DNA of 64,000 bases from positions 65,164,001 to 65,228,000 of the forward strand of contig NC_058368.1 in assembly GCF_018350175.1 (NCBI RefSeq). The letters run 5' to 3'. This document shows, one piece after another, positions 26,032-39,090 of this stretch. Source of the DNA: Felis catus (lineage: Eukaryota). The first letter of the stretch is position 1, and every line of letters begins with the position of its first letter. The notes under the pieces were generated by a model. It ran no database searches, was not told the DNA's origin, and saw nothing but the letters and a program-made list of their open reading frames with translations. The translations under genes and the position numbers were made by a program.

Positions 26032-27864
26032 TATGCGTATTTGGAATACATATTTTTGGAATATGTGTGTATATTTGGAATATGTGTGTATATTGGGAAA
26101 TATATATATATTTGCACAATGCCTCTTGCTTATCCAGAACTTATGAATTTTGTAGCAAGAATTGAATGAATTTATTTTCACAGATTCACACTAGTAGAGC
26201 TAGAGTTAATAAAGCCCCATAACACGTATTGATAATATATACAATCAATTTGAATGCTAGGAAATTCTGAATATTTTTAAACCATTCATAATAACTACCA
26301 TTTCCCCAGTTGTGAACGATTAAAAAAAAAAAAAAGGTCAAGTAAAATGGGCTCAAAGGGCCTTGGGGATTGTTTTAATATAAAATCGCAGTGCCTTTTT
26401 TTATATCACATCTCTGGTCACCAGAGATTTCTGAGAGAATTTAGTCAAATATGAAACTTTTTGCTCTATTTGTAAGTACTGTATTTTTATTTCAAAATCA
26501 AATCTAATACACTGCTTTCTATTTTCAGGTCTTAAAAATAGCTCAAAATCTCTTAGATCTTCATTTTGATCCATATACATGTGTCTGCAATTGGATTAGA
26601 TAAATTGGAACTTCACGAAAGTGAGATAAACTATTTTATGGTCTGGTTTCTTATTAAGAAATAATATAATTTTATCATGAGTCCATGGTGTCCTGGTGCC
26701 AGACAAATGCTGAAGCCAACTGCAGGCTTTTATCAAAAATTAAACTTTGACTTAGAGCCAAGACTCTGGTTTTCAGCTAAGATGCTTTACATCTATGGCA
26801 GCTTTGTACTTCATGGACTAATTGCCATAATACATGATTATTGATGCAGAACCCTCTGTGGTTCCTTTTGGTCTAGTAGACTTGCATATTGAAAATTGAA
26901 GCTTTAACATATTTGATAGTACAAGTGACTAACTTGACAGAAATTTTCACACATAAGCCTTGACAGCCTGAAGTAAGGATCCCCTTCCTTTATCCCCATT
27001 CCTCCACCCACGCTTCTGCCTGCTTACTGCTAATATTCCTCGGACTGTCAGTTGCTGGCATCTGGTAAATCCAATTCTTACTGGCCCAGAGAATGTACTA
27101 ATTATATCCTACAGCTAATTAGAAAGCAGCCTCTTTGCTAGAGAACAGTTTATTTAGCTCATCAATGAATAAGACTTGGTTTGAATCTTGATTTAAAAAT
27201 CAAAGGGAAATGGAAAGGGGATGAGAAGGAAAATATATCTTTCATAAGGCAGGAAGCCGTATTAATTAAATTGAAAAAATAAATATAGACTTTGTAGAAG
27301 ACTGGAAGGAGAGGCTTTGGACCAAAATACTAAAACTAGAGGAATTTAAGGATGCATTTTTCACAAACCTTATTTACAAAATCTAGAAACATGTTGTCTT
27401 AAAATCTTAACATTGATGAAGTAGATGTGTCAATGACCTAATTTGAAAATTGGCCAATCTCTTTAGAAAGAGATAGGGTGGGGCGTGGGGGTAATGTTTT
27501 ATTGATGACAGTTTATTGATGATAGTTCCACACATGATTCAACACTTATGCTTAGGTTAAATATCTTCGAAGAGTCAAATTTCTATAATGTGTATTTATG
27601 TCAATGGTTTACATAGGATTTATTAAATAAAAGATACAGTTCCTCACATTAACAGGGCTTTAACTTAAATTTGGAGGTGACATAATCCTAGCAGGTGTCA
27701 ACCATTGAAATATGTAAATGATAACCTGACCCACTCTTTACCCCTTTATCTTTATAATCAAATTTGGTCACCACTAGCAGCAGAGACATTTTCATACTAA
27801 TTTTCAAAATTGTTACCAATTTACCATGACTAATTAAAATGTGAAGCTCTGTAACATACCAGGT

Positions 27865-28150
27865 CAGTGGTTCCCCACCCTAGGTGCACTTTAGAATTAT
27901 CTAGGGAAACTTTTTAAAAATATCCAATATTGTTGTTGCCACCCCCACACATTAATTTATTCAGAATCTCTGGGTATGGGGCCCGGGAACCATACATTCT
28001 TTGAAGTCTTCCAGGTGATTCAAATATATATATACACATATATGTAATACATATACATGCATATATATAATACATATATATGCATATATATAATACATAT
28101 ATAATATATATACACACACACATACTCACATGATTGAGAATAATCATTCT
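27865..28150. mobile_element. MER5-type hAT MITE with internal AT-rich microsatellite
   Basis: cagtggttccccacc...tcagaatctctgggtatggggcccggga...ccaggtgattc...tgagaa. Confidence 0.7.
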
Positions 28151-28289
28151 ATGAGAAGGTTGGTCCCCAAAAATTAAGAAGCCATTAAGAAAGTTTGTTG
28201 AGTTGCTTAAGAACCAGATAAAAACAGAAAATGAGAAGAATTAGTTTTATAGTCTTGGACAACAGAGATCCTGCCTACATCCTACAGAT

Positions 28290-28380
28290 TAGAGAGCAAG
28301 GGGTACACGGATCCTTCTGAGAAGCTGATAAAAAGCTATGGACCTCTCCCCGGAAAAGCAAACACATCCACAAATATATG
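28290..28380. mobile_element. Old hAT-Charlie MITE fragment (MER103-like)
   Basis: ccttctgagaagctgataaaaagctatggacctctccccggaaaa. Confidence 0.4.
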
Positions 28381-30950
28381 AAACTCGAAGAGAAGGTGAT
28401 AGATTTCAAAGAGAAGCAGAATCCCAGGAGAGAAATCCCTGAACCGGGGGGAAGAAAGAAGTGTTCCTGGAGATGGAAAAGCTAACACTAAGAAATGAAG
28501 CCCAATTATTACATGCACTGGGCCATTCAGGCAGAGATGATAATGATATATAAAGGACTCTGAGGTGGGAAAACTTTCCCAAATGACATTTACATGTCTC
28601 ATTGTAAGAGAATATATCTATGAGCTTCCTGCAAAGACCGAATTCTTCGCTGAATTGAACATGTTTCCCTCATGACGACCATACCCTCCTCCACAAAGCA
28701 AAGATTCGTGCATTGCTTATTCTAGTCTGGTTTCCTATGCTATTTTCCAAAAAGACTTACAAATTTCTTCTATTCCCTCTCCTTTAAATACTATTAGACC
28801 TCAAAAAAGGCAGATCCCAAATTTTAAAGTACTTTAGGTTTCAACCTCAGAATATCAAAGGAAACAGTAGCTAGCCACTTTGAGGTCGTTTTTATAATTT
28901 GAATTTTATTTCATTCTTTCTCTCTAGAATTTCCACTCAATGCACCCTGATTTTCTTTGAGCCAATCTTAGATGATCTCATTCAAATCAAGCTCTTTAAT
29001 TTTTCTCAATCCACCTTTTTATGTACAACCCTGGAAATGTACCTTAGCTACTAAAATCAGTTCTGATGCTAGCCTGAGGATAGTCACTCAGCCTAATAAA
29101 TCCTAGATTTAGGACTATGCTTTTCTAACACAGAATTATCACACCATATGGTTGTCTGAATCAAAGGATTCCTTAGAAGTCATAGCAATTTAAATCTACT
29201 GGTCTACGTATGTAGCCCAAACTATATCAGCACTTTAACTTTAAAAAGGTAAGAATATTTCAAGATTCATATTAATGTTGTTTTTAGCGTCTTTCCAATC
29301 AATCCATTTTCCTTGATATTGTTATTAATAGACCATTAGCAGACTAAATTTGTGACAGTAGCACACTAAACAGCATGGTATATACTTTCAGCACGGGCAG
29401 GAAGGGAGAATTGATAAAAAGACCAGAAAAGTAAAATCTGCAAGATGAAAGCACACGTCCACATGACAACGTGGCTACACAAAAATGGCTTGCAGATCAA
29501 TGAAAAACATTCTCCATCAAACAGTAGAACATCCAAGCAATACTGAAAGCCCGGCACACATAGCATGGTGCTTCTACTTCCGTTGTACTAATAGATGACG
29601 TGTTGGATCAGATATTAAAATATCTACGTCCCTGTATGTCATGAAAAACTTCATTTAAATTGCAACTAAAATCTTGATCCTCTGGTAACTAGATTTACTT
29701 TTATTGCGGCCATTAATAATGGCTGAGTCTTCTCTACCAGATGTATACAGGTTTATATGGGTCTTACTTGAAATTAGGCCAACTACATTGTAACCAATAT
29801 ATATTTATACATTTGTAATATAAATATTATATTGTGCTCCTTAAAGGGTACTCATTTCAACTACTTAAACGGATAAATTTCTTTGTTTAGGCATAGTCTA
29901 TAGCTTATTCCACACAGTTTCATATAGAGATAATGAGCACAAATCTACTGGAAAAGAAGTATAAAGCTTGGATCATTCCGAAGTTATCCCTAAGGAACAG
30001 AAAAACAGGTATACATCTAAAATCTTGCACGCAGTAAATGTTTGTTAAATATTTAAAGAAACAAAGTGGAATCCAGAATCACTCTTGCCCACTGTATCCA
30101 GGCTAGTTGAAAAGGGCATTTCATGACTTTCATAAAATTTGCCAAGAATTTCTGAAGAGTATGTCTTTATGGAAAATAAGATATATCTTTCATTATCAAA
30201 ATTTCCTTTGCTGTTTATAACCATCTGAATAGTTTTATGATGCCAAAATGTGAGGCAACGTGGAGCTGTGCAATTTTTCACTTCTCATATAATGCTTAGG
30301 CAGTAAATAGAATTTCATCAGAAATGGAAGCTCAAAACCTAAGAATCTTTACTTCTAACAGATCGAATTTTGATCCCTCGATAGCCCACTGTGCTGTACT
30401 GTCCCCATGAGTCACTACTAGTGCAAGATGCAGCCTGCAGTAGGAGTTGACGGCTCGGCCAACAGACTATCATCACATTATTCGACGATCTGCAGCCTGT
30501 GCCTCGAGCAAAGCCACACAGCAGTGGTGACAGTAAAGGCTGGAAAACAGTGTGTACAGAAAAAATAAAATCAAAAATAAAAACCAGTGATTATAGAAGG
30601 GGCTCAAGTTAGAATTACAGTTGCAGCATCCAAGATTACACAAGTTCAGATTTTGGTAATATCAAGAATCCAACAAAAAATTACAAGTTGCAACCATTTT
30701 GGCATAAGTCTATTTGCAGGAATTTCAAACTACTGTAACCTATGCCAACAGCAGGGATGTTTCAATGAACGGCTGCTAGTCTTTGCCAATTTCAAGCTTG
30801 AAACACTGAGATATAAATAATGTTAAAAGAGGTGACTTAACAGAAGTAACCAATGTTTGATTTGTGCCAGGAGAACCATCCCCCACAACTCAACAACTAG
30901 ATTTCTGAACACCGTCAGGTAAGCATTGTTACCTACACATTACTCATCAC

Positions 30951-31200
30951 ATTTTATTTTATTTTATTTTATTTTATTTTATTTTATTTTATTTACAGCT
31001 TATTTTATTTACTTAGAGAGAGAAAGAGAGTGAGAGAGAGCACAAGTGGGGAGGGGCAGAGAGGAGAGACAGAATCCCAAGCAAGCTCCACGCCATCAGC
31101 ACAGAGCCCGAAGCAAGGCTCGAGCTCACAAACTGTGAGATCATGACCTGAGTTGAGATCAAGAGTCAGCCGCTTACCCAACTGCACCACCCAGGCGCCC
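30951..31200 (-). mobile_element. Can-SINE with (TTTTA)n tail
   Basis: Reverse head ...ccacccaggcgccc; TSD catcac(a/t)ttt. Confidence 0.93.
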
Positions 31201-32510
31201 CATCACTTTTAAAATATGTGCATTTTAAATATATATAAAGATATATTTTATATATATGTATTAAATATATATAATACATATATTTGTGTGTGTACAGTCA
31301 CAATATTAATCAAAAGAAATACTCATGTATTTAAATCAGCCAGCAGCCTAGCAGAACAAATCATGTATATGAGTGTGGATTTCAAACATGGGCCAAAGAA
31401 CAACCTTTGTTCACAGCATAAAAGAAACTATGCCTGGCTGGAACACTGCCATACCACAGAGGGATCTACTGATAACTTGTGGCTCAAAATGCCGCTATCA
31501 TCAGATTCCTTCCTTTGGTAGTACTGCACACACTTTGATGTTAAGATAACATGTACACTTCATATGCAAGATATAATGGAAGCAGAAATTGTTCCCTTGA
31601 TTTAACCAGTAGTCATTTATGAATGTTGAGCAGTGCAAAATTGCAGTTATTTGTGGATCCTCATTAATAACACCTCGCACTGTTTCTGCAGAGGCAAATG
31701 CACTTTGACATTCAATATTTTTCCTTCACCATTATTTGAATTCCCTGTGAACAGAAATAGAAAATAGGTAATTGTACCCATCGTTCAAACAGCAATACAG
31801 TTTATTTTGGAATTGTGGTGAGAGCCAATGGGTCCTTTGTCTGCTTCAATATCCTAACAAATAAAAATTGCTACTTTTCCCACCATGAAAAATGCGAGAA
31901 TGGCATTACTTTTGTAAGGAGATTATGCAAAAGATAGTTCTATGGCTAAAAATCCCTTAAGTGTTTCAGACCCTATCAGTGAGATTTAGTTGCTCTAACT
32001 GGAAAATAAAATCTCTAAAATATAAGACACAAGGACAGATAACACTGGAAACCTATAACCACAATAACAGTTTAGAAGGAAAGATGTAGCACTTCACCAA
32101 ATAACTGCTCAGTAAAACTTAAGGACTATAGACAAGACTTGAAAGAAGGTAAACTATCTCAGGAGCACCTTTGCCCCACACTCTTCTGCTCCGTCAGTCC
32201 TCCACCCCCTAATTTTGGATTCCACCCCTGTCTGCCCAATGTCCTCACAATGGATCTCATCAAATGTCTCTTTCTGATCACATCATTTCTCCAAGTCTTT
32301 GCCTACCTGTCTTCTTTGTGAAGACATACCTGCCCTAAGTTCTGTTCTCACAGAACATATCTGTGACACTTAGTCTTGAACATCTTTTACCTTTGCACCC
32401 TATTGAAGAATCAGTGTTCCACTGTCATTAAGATGAAAGTTTCCCATATTCTGAGAAAGAGATTTCTGAATTTCATCTATCTATATATCTATCTAGCCAT
32501 TCTTTTACAG

Positions 32511-33353
32511 CTTTATTTTTTCTTAATATGAAATCTGTTGTCAAATTGGTTTCCATACAACACCCAGTGCTCCTCCCAACAGGTACCCTCCTCAATGCCC
32601 ATCACCCACTTCTCCCCCCCACCCCCCATCAACCTTCAGTTTATTCTCAGTTTTTAAGAATCTCTTATGGTTTGGTTCCCTCCCTTTCTTTTTTTCCCCC
32701 CTTCCCCTCCCCCATGGTCTTCTGTTAAGTTTCTCAGGATCCACATAAGAGTGAAAACATATGGTATCTGTCTTTCTCTGTATGACTTATTTCAGTTAGC
32801 ATAACATTCTCCAATTCCACCCACATTGCTACAAAAAGCCATATTTCATTCTTTCTCATTGCAAAGTAGTATTCCATTGTGTACATAAACCACAACTTCT
32901 TTATCCATTCATCAGTTGATGGACATTTAGGCTCTTTCCATAATTTGGCTATTGTTGAAAGTGTTGCTATAAACATTGGGGTAGAAGTGCCCCTATGCAT
33001 CAGCACTGCTATATCCCTTGGGTAAATTCCTAGCAGTGCTATTGCTGGCATGTAGGGTAGATCTATTTTTTATTTGTTTAGGAACCTCCACATTGTTTTC
33101 CAAAGTGGCTGCACCAGTTTGCATTCCCACCAACAGTGGTTGGTTCCCATTTCTCCACATCCTCTCCAGCATCTATAGTCTCCTGATTTGTTCATTTTAG
33201 ACACTCTGACTGGTGTGAGGTGACATCTCTGTGTGGTTTTGATTTGTATTTCCCTGATGAGGAGTGACGTTGAGCATCTTTTCATGTGCCTGTTTCCCAT
33301 CTGGATGTCTTCTTTAGAGAAGTGTCTATTCATGTCTTCTGCCCATTTCTTCA
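32511..33353 (-). mobile_element. 5'-truncated Felis-type L1 (ORF2 C-terminus, 3' UTR, A tail)
   Basis: Minus-strand ORFs 33070-33354 and 32734-33051 are the L1 ORF2 cysteine-rich C-terminus ([40 protein letters not shown]), in the same frame and split by one stop codon. Confidence 0.95.
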
Positions 33354-34059
33354 TATTAAGGCTTTAATAGTCATTCCGAAACTACATGAAACTATAGTCT
33401 TGAGAGAACTGTGTTTTATTCCTCTTTGAACAGTGCTTAGTACCAGCACATGGTAATTACTCAATAAATGTTGGTTGAACTTACTGAATTACCTCCAAAT
33501 TTGTCCAAAATTGCCTAGCATTGATAGAGAAACATTGCTCTCAATAATGGCTAATAAATCCAGGAGAGCAAAATATTTAAAGTTTTCTAGATGGCATGGA
33601 AGAGTCACTAATGACCAAAATACCAACAAATAAATCTCCACCCTATTCCCGGAAAAGCACACTACATAGTTACCCTCCACAAGGAAAACCCAACATCATA
33701 TCACAGCTTACAATGCCTCAATATCTGTTCATATGGCACTAATTTTGAGGGCTTATATTTGAAAACGTTATTTGTTTTCTTTGTCCAGTAGCTCAATACA
33801 TACACCATCCAAGAGCATGAAAGTAGCAGGCTGTGATATCAGTCACCCTGAGAGATGCCTCCTTACAGAGGAGCTCACCCCTCTGTTGCCAAAATTAATT
33901 ATTTTATACTCCACACAACCTATATTCTAAGTCAGACACCACACACACAGAGTCTGTATTTGAAAACAAAACCAATATATATAAAAATCCTATATATGTA
34001 ATAGAATATATATAAAATTCTTGTTATATATATTTGATACATATAATTATAAATTGATG

Positions 34060-34165
34060 TAATTTAATCTAAAAATTACCTTCACAGAAGCATCCAGAAT
34101 AATGTTTGAACAAATATCTGGGTACTATAGTCTAGCCAAGTTGATAGATACAATTAACCATCACA
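34060..34165 (-). mobile_element. MLT2 LTR terminal fragment
   Basis: ccagaataatgtttgaacaaatatctggg...ctagccaagttgatagatacaattaaccatcaca. Confidence 0.75.
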
Positions 34166-34829
34166 AATGCCAAACATTTGTGTTCACCTATACTGTATAA
34201 AAGATTAAGAAATGTAATTTTGTCCATATAACAAAATATTTAATCATTGATTGATAAGGGGGTCAGCAGAGGGACAATATATGTCTTTGGTTCCATATCT
34301 TCATTTTGATGGCAGTATTTTTAAACACAAACACATGGAGCTTGTAGAGTTAAGTTGCTGTCATAAAGGCTGTCATACTTTATGATACATACTAGAAAAA
34401 TCAGCTCTTCTCATAACATTTGTTTCTTAACTAGCCGCAGTAAAACTTCTTTATTATGGAATCCATAAAACATTTTCACCTCCTAAATTCAGTTCTTAAA
34501 GTAGCCATTAAGTGTCTACAATGTACCCATTTGTAATGCTATTAATACCAATTATGATGCCAACACTAGCCAACAAGAAGAGGGTGAAATGCAATGCAAA
34601 TGTATCCCAAAGAACGTATATACTGTAATCTTCTTGGCGATGGAATTCTCTACTCCATGTACACAGTCAGAAAATATGAAGCTTTGTCTCTCTAGTTTGT
34701 AGAACATATTTTCTCTGAAGGTACAAAAATCTAGATTATAAAGAGGTATGAGGTAATTCTCGCTGCTACCAGCCATTTTCCTAGAATGCACCTCTGATGG
34801 TGTCAAGTAACTGCTCAAAAGATCTTTGC

Positions 34830-35025
34830 TGGAGCCCTGCATCAGTGAACTATACCCAATCCAGCCTGTGGCCTGTTTTTGTATAGCCTGAGAGCCAAAA
34901 ATGTTTTTTTACATTTTTTTAAGGCAAAGATGTAAGCAACAGAGACCGTTTGTGGCCACAAAGCCTAAAATATTTCATGTCTAGCCTCTTACAGAACAAG
35001 TTAACAAGTTTGCCAGCCTCTGGTT
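34830..35025. mobile_element. MER58-type hAT MITE
   Basis: gcctgtttttgtatagcc...cacaaagcctaaaatattt...aagtttgccagcctctg. Confidence 0.75.
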
Positions 35026-35029
35026 TATA

Positions 35030-35360
35030 AGATGAAACACAAAACCCATAGCATGACGTTTAAGGCCCTCCGTACTCTAACGGCAAATTGATAGACTTAC
35101 CACACTTCAAATATTCCCTGCCTGGGCATGTCCTTCCTTTCCTGTCCTGTCATCTAAATTCAGTTGTCCATCAAAAAACAACTCAAGCTCATCTTCTCTA
35201 TGAGGTTTTATGTAGCTATTCAATTCCATCATACTCTCTCCTTCCTTGCAACTCCACCAGACATCAGTATCTGCTTTCCTCACTGATGTTCATTCATGCT
35301 TCTTTTTATGTACATATTTTTATCTTATCTTGTCTTCCCAAACAGACTGTAAGATCCTTA
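35030..35360 (+). mobile_element. L2 fragment
   Basis: agcatgacgtttaaggccctcc...tgtcttcccaaacagactgtaagatcc. Confidence 0.5.
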
Positions 35361-35803
35361 CATGGTTCCTTTCTAACAATGTCATCAGATGTTAGTATCA
35401 GTGTTGCAAGTTTTAAGGACTTTGTAGGTCCTGCAAGTCTGATTTCTTATTAGTAATTAATCACCATCATTCATGAGCAATTACTATTGCCAAGTATTGC
35501 CAACCTGAACATACTTTTTTTCCTTCATTTAATCCCCACAAAATTTTAGATGATAAGTATAATTATCTTATTTTTACATATAAAATTGATCATATTAATC
35601 TTTGTATTAGGTACATGCTAGACATGAGCAGTAGATGAAATACCCTGAGGCAGAGTCTCAAGCTTTTCAAGGGGAATGATAGAAACAAAAGCTGGAGACA
35701 GGAACCGCAATAAATAAGCTACACACTAAAACCCAGGGGGCACAACATCGTTCTGACTGCCTTTATTTGAGAGTGGATCCCCACGTAATCTCGTGCTGAA
35801 GCC

Positions 35804-36269
35804 TGTTGCATCCACAGGACTCCTGAAAAAGAATGCTATGGGCACCAGTGACAGTCACAACAAAGTTTATTGCAATGAGAGGCAAGGCCAACCGATCAGG
35901 ACAGACACTCTTGATCAGAGTGTGGCCTCCAACAGCCAGGGTACAGAGTTTTTATAGCCGACCACATCGTCTTATCATCACCTGGGAACAGAACAAAGAA
36001 ATAGTTCCCAGATGGGGGTGGAAACAGTTCAGACCTTCTGCGGTTAAGCCGCAACCAGTTGAACTCCTTGACCCTGCCTCCAGCACCACTTTTTCAAAGT
36101 TCTCCACATGCCCTTGCCCCAATCCAATCAAACACTAATCCAGTTGATTTTCCATGAACTTTTGTTCCCTTGATTGATAGGACAAGGCTGTTATCTCTTA
36201 ACCTACAGTGTCAAAACAAAGCTGTTATCTCTCAAGGCTACATGTTAGCCCTACATTTTAACCCTTACA
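35804..36269 (-). mobile_element. ERV1-class solo LTR (466 bp)
   Basis: TG...CA termini; 4-bp TSD agcc (35800-35803 / 36270-36273); minus-strand TATAAAAA (35949-35956) followed by AATAAA (35866-35871). Confidence 0.85.
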
Positions 36270-36747
36270 AGCCAAGGACTGAGACTTCCATTCACACAAC
36301 AGACTCTCTCACGCCTAACATTTACAGGTAAGATTTAGACAGGTTACCCATTTTACACTTTCATTCAATCAGTAGATATTTATTGAGCTTTTATTATGTG
36401 CCAGGCAGTGAACAGACCTAGTTCCTTCCTTAATCTAGTGACAGAATTTAGGCACAAATTTAGCTCAGATTTTAACCACTGTGCTGTATTATTTGATGAT
36501 TTTTTTGTCTAAAGTGATGTAGCTATGATGAAAATCGCTGCTCTAGTGCTATAAGATGAAAAGAAAATAAGAGAGTATACAGTGTACAAGACAGCACCAG
36601 AGCCAGAATGGAGAGTGGAAGATGGATTGAGAAAGAAGAGAGAGCTCATTCCCCCAGTTTTTACAGTAAAAATGTTTATACAGATAGAGGAAATGGAGTG
36701 GGGAAACTTCATGAAGATATGGTTGGTAATTATCATTTTCCTCCTTC

Positions 36748-37309
36748 TACAATAGGAAAAGATAGGATAAAATAGGCAGAGAGGGAAGGATTAGGGCCTG
36801 AGGTCCCTGGGTGGGGAAAAACGCATACTTTGGAACAATGCTGGGAGTGTCTGACCACAGCAAACCCCCCAGGCTTAAGGTTCCCCTTAAAAATGTAACA
36901 GACCCAACCTACCCCCCCTTCTCAGGTTTCCCTCAGGAATTTGAGGAAAGACCTAGGTATGACCAAAGACCACACCTCTTAAAATGGAAACAAGCCAATC
37001 AGGAATGGACAACCCAACACCTAGAGTTATCCTGCCAACAAGGGTAGAACCTGAGAAAAAACAGGGAGAAGGGAAGGGAAGGGAGAGGGCTGACCAGAAC
37101 CTTATAAAACAAGGGCCCTTGCCTATAGTCCTCTGCCATTCACTCTCCAATGTCCCCTCTCTATGAAGAGAGCTTTCCTACTATTTTTCCATTCTAATCT
37201 TATATTCAAATAAACTTGCCCTCTGCTCATTTTGTGCCCACCTCTTCTTCATTCTTCAAAGTGGCATGACAATGAATCCTGGGTATTGTGGTAAAAAAAT
37301 CCTGTAACA
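36748..37309 (+). mobile_element. ERV1-class solo LTR (~560 bp)
   Basis: CCAAT 36995-36999, TATAAAA near 37103, AATAAA 37209-37214, ends cctgtaaCA; putative TSD cttc (36744-36747 / 37310-37313); the 5' terminus reads TA rather than TG, so the left edge is less sure. Confidence 0.75.
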
Positions 37310-37385
37310 CTTCAGTCAATCAAAAAGGAAGCCATTCATGAGTTCCAGGTTCTGTAAAGAAGATAAATTTAATAGATGTCCTTCA

Positions 37386-37782
37386 TGACATTGCATTTCA
37401 ATGATTTCTTAGATCCAATACCAAAAGTACAGGAAACAAAAGTAAAAATAGATACATTGGACTACATAAAAATTTAAACTTCCATGCATCAAAAGGCACA
37501 ATCAACAGAGTGAAAAGAATGGGAGAAAATATTTGCAAGTCATGTATCTGATAAAATGTTAATATCCAGAATATATAAAGAGCTCCTACAACTCAACAAC
37601 AGAAAGCAACTCAATTAAAAAATGGGGAAGGAACTAAAACAGACATTTCTCCGGAAAAGATATACAAATACCCACCAACCACATGAATAGTCGCTCAACA
37701 TTATGGATCATTGAATAATTGCAAATCAAAATCACAATGAGATACCACTCAATGATGGCTACTATCAAAACAAATAAACCCC

Positions 37783-37827
<45 letters not shown>

Positions 37828-38523
37828 CACAAATATTGGCAAGGATATGGAGAAATTGGAGCCCTTGTGCACTTTTGGTGGGAATATAAAATGGTGCAGC
37901 CACTATTAAACAGTACGGTATTTCCTCAAAAAATTAAAAATAGAATTGCCATGTGATCCAGCAATTCCACTTCTGGAAGAAGAGTTGAAAGCAGGGTCTC
38001 AAAGATCTATTTGCAAACAATGTTCATACCAGCATTATTCCTAACAGCCAAAAGATTGAAGCAACCAAAGTGTCCACCAACAGATTAATGGGTAAACATA
38101 AAGTGGTATATACATACAATGGAACACTACTCAACCCGCAGAAAGAAGGAAATGTTGACTTTTGCTACAACATTGATGAATCTGGAAGACATTCTGCTAA
38201 GTGAAATAATCTAGTCACAAAGAAACAAATACTATATGATCCCACTTATGTATGATATCTAGAGTTGTCAAATTCATAGAGAAAGTGGAATGGTGCTTGC
38301 CAGGGGCTGGAAAGAGCAGGGAGTGGAGAGTTTATTGGGTATAGAGTCTTCATTTTGCAAGATGACAAGGGTTCTGGAGATGGATTTCCCAACAATGTGA
38401 ACATACTTAGCATTGCTGAGTTGTACACCTAAAAATGGTTAATATGACTAAACATTTTTAATGGTTAATAGAGTAAATGCTATGTACATTTTACCACAAT
38501 TTAAATGATTTTTAATAAAATAA
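37386..38523 (+). mobile_element. 5'-truncated L1 (L1MB-like) 3' end with internal (CA)n
   Basis: ORF2 end and 3' UTR motifs (gatccagcaattccacttctgg; ttgtacacctaaaaatggttaa); degenerate TSD ataaatttaatagatgtccttca / ataattttaatagaggtcttca. Confidence 0.9.
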
Positions 38524-38920
38524 ATAATTTTAATAGAGGTCTTCAACTCCTGTGCCGAAGGACGGTTCACCACATTAATAAGACTTAAAGTGATTATGTG
38601 AGACTACAAAATCACAATTATATCCTAAACCCAAGATCCCTGAAATGGGCCATGAGCCTAAATACCTGAAAGATGTTAGAATCTGCTTGTTTTTTACACC
38701 TGCAGAAATTCTGAAATGTTAATGTATTCTCCAAGAAAGTTTAAAAAAAAATTGCATATTTACAAGGAAGTCTTCAATACCTTCTCTGGAAAACAGTGAC
38801 TTCACTCTTTCATGAGGGGTAAACCTTAAACTATCTTCTGATTTTTTAATTCATGTCATTTTTTTACCTCCCACCTTTTCAGATATAATAGAAAAGATAG
38901 TAGAAATCTCAAAAATTTTT

Positions 38921-39090
38921 AAGTTTATTTATTTATGGGGGGGGAGGGGCAGAGAGAGCAGAAGAGAGAGAATCCCAAGGAGGCTCCGTGCTGATAGTAC
39001 AGAGCCAGATGTGGGGCTTAATCCCATGAGATCATGACCTAAGCTGAAAACCGGTCGGACACTTAACAGACTGAGCCACTCAGGCACCCC
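38921..39090 (-). mobile_element. Can-SINE
   Basis: Reverse head ...ctgagccactcaggcacccc. Confidence 0.9.

Noticed and set aside
32734..33354. Recognisable protein ORFs
   Set aside because: L1 ORF2 C-terminus, 5'-truncated with an in-frame stop; not a functional CDS
34552..34842. 96-aa minus-strand ORF with an internal acceptor-like site
   Set aside because: No recognisable homology and no convincing donor
35088..35453. Longest ORF in the track (121 aa)
   Set aside because: Non-ATG start, overlaps decayed L2-like sequence, no recognisable domain
35804..37309. Single provirus bounded by two LTRs
   Set aside because: The LTRs differ in sequence, orientation and TSD, and no gag/pol/env lies between them
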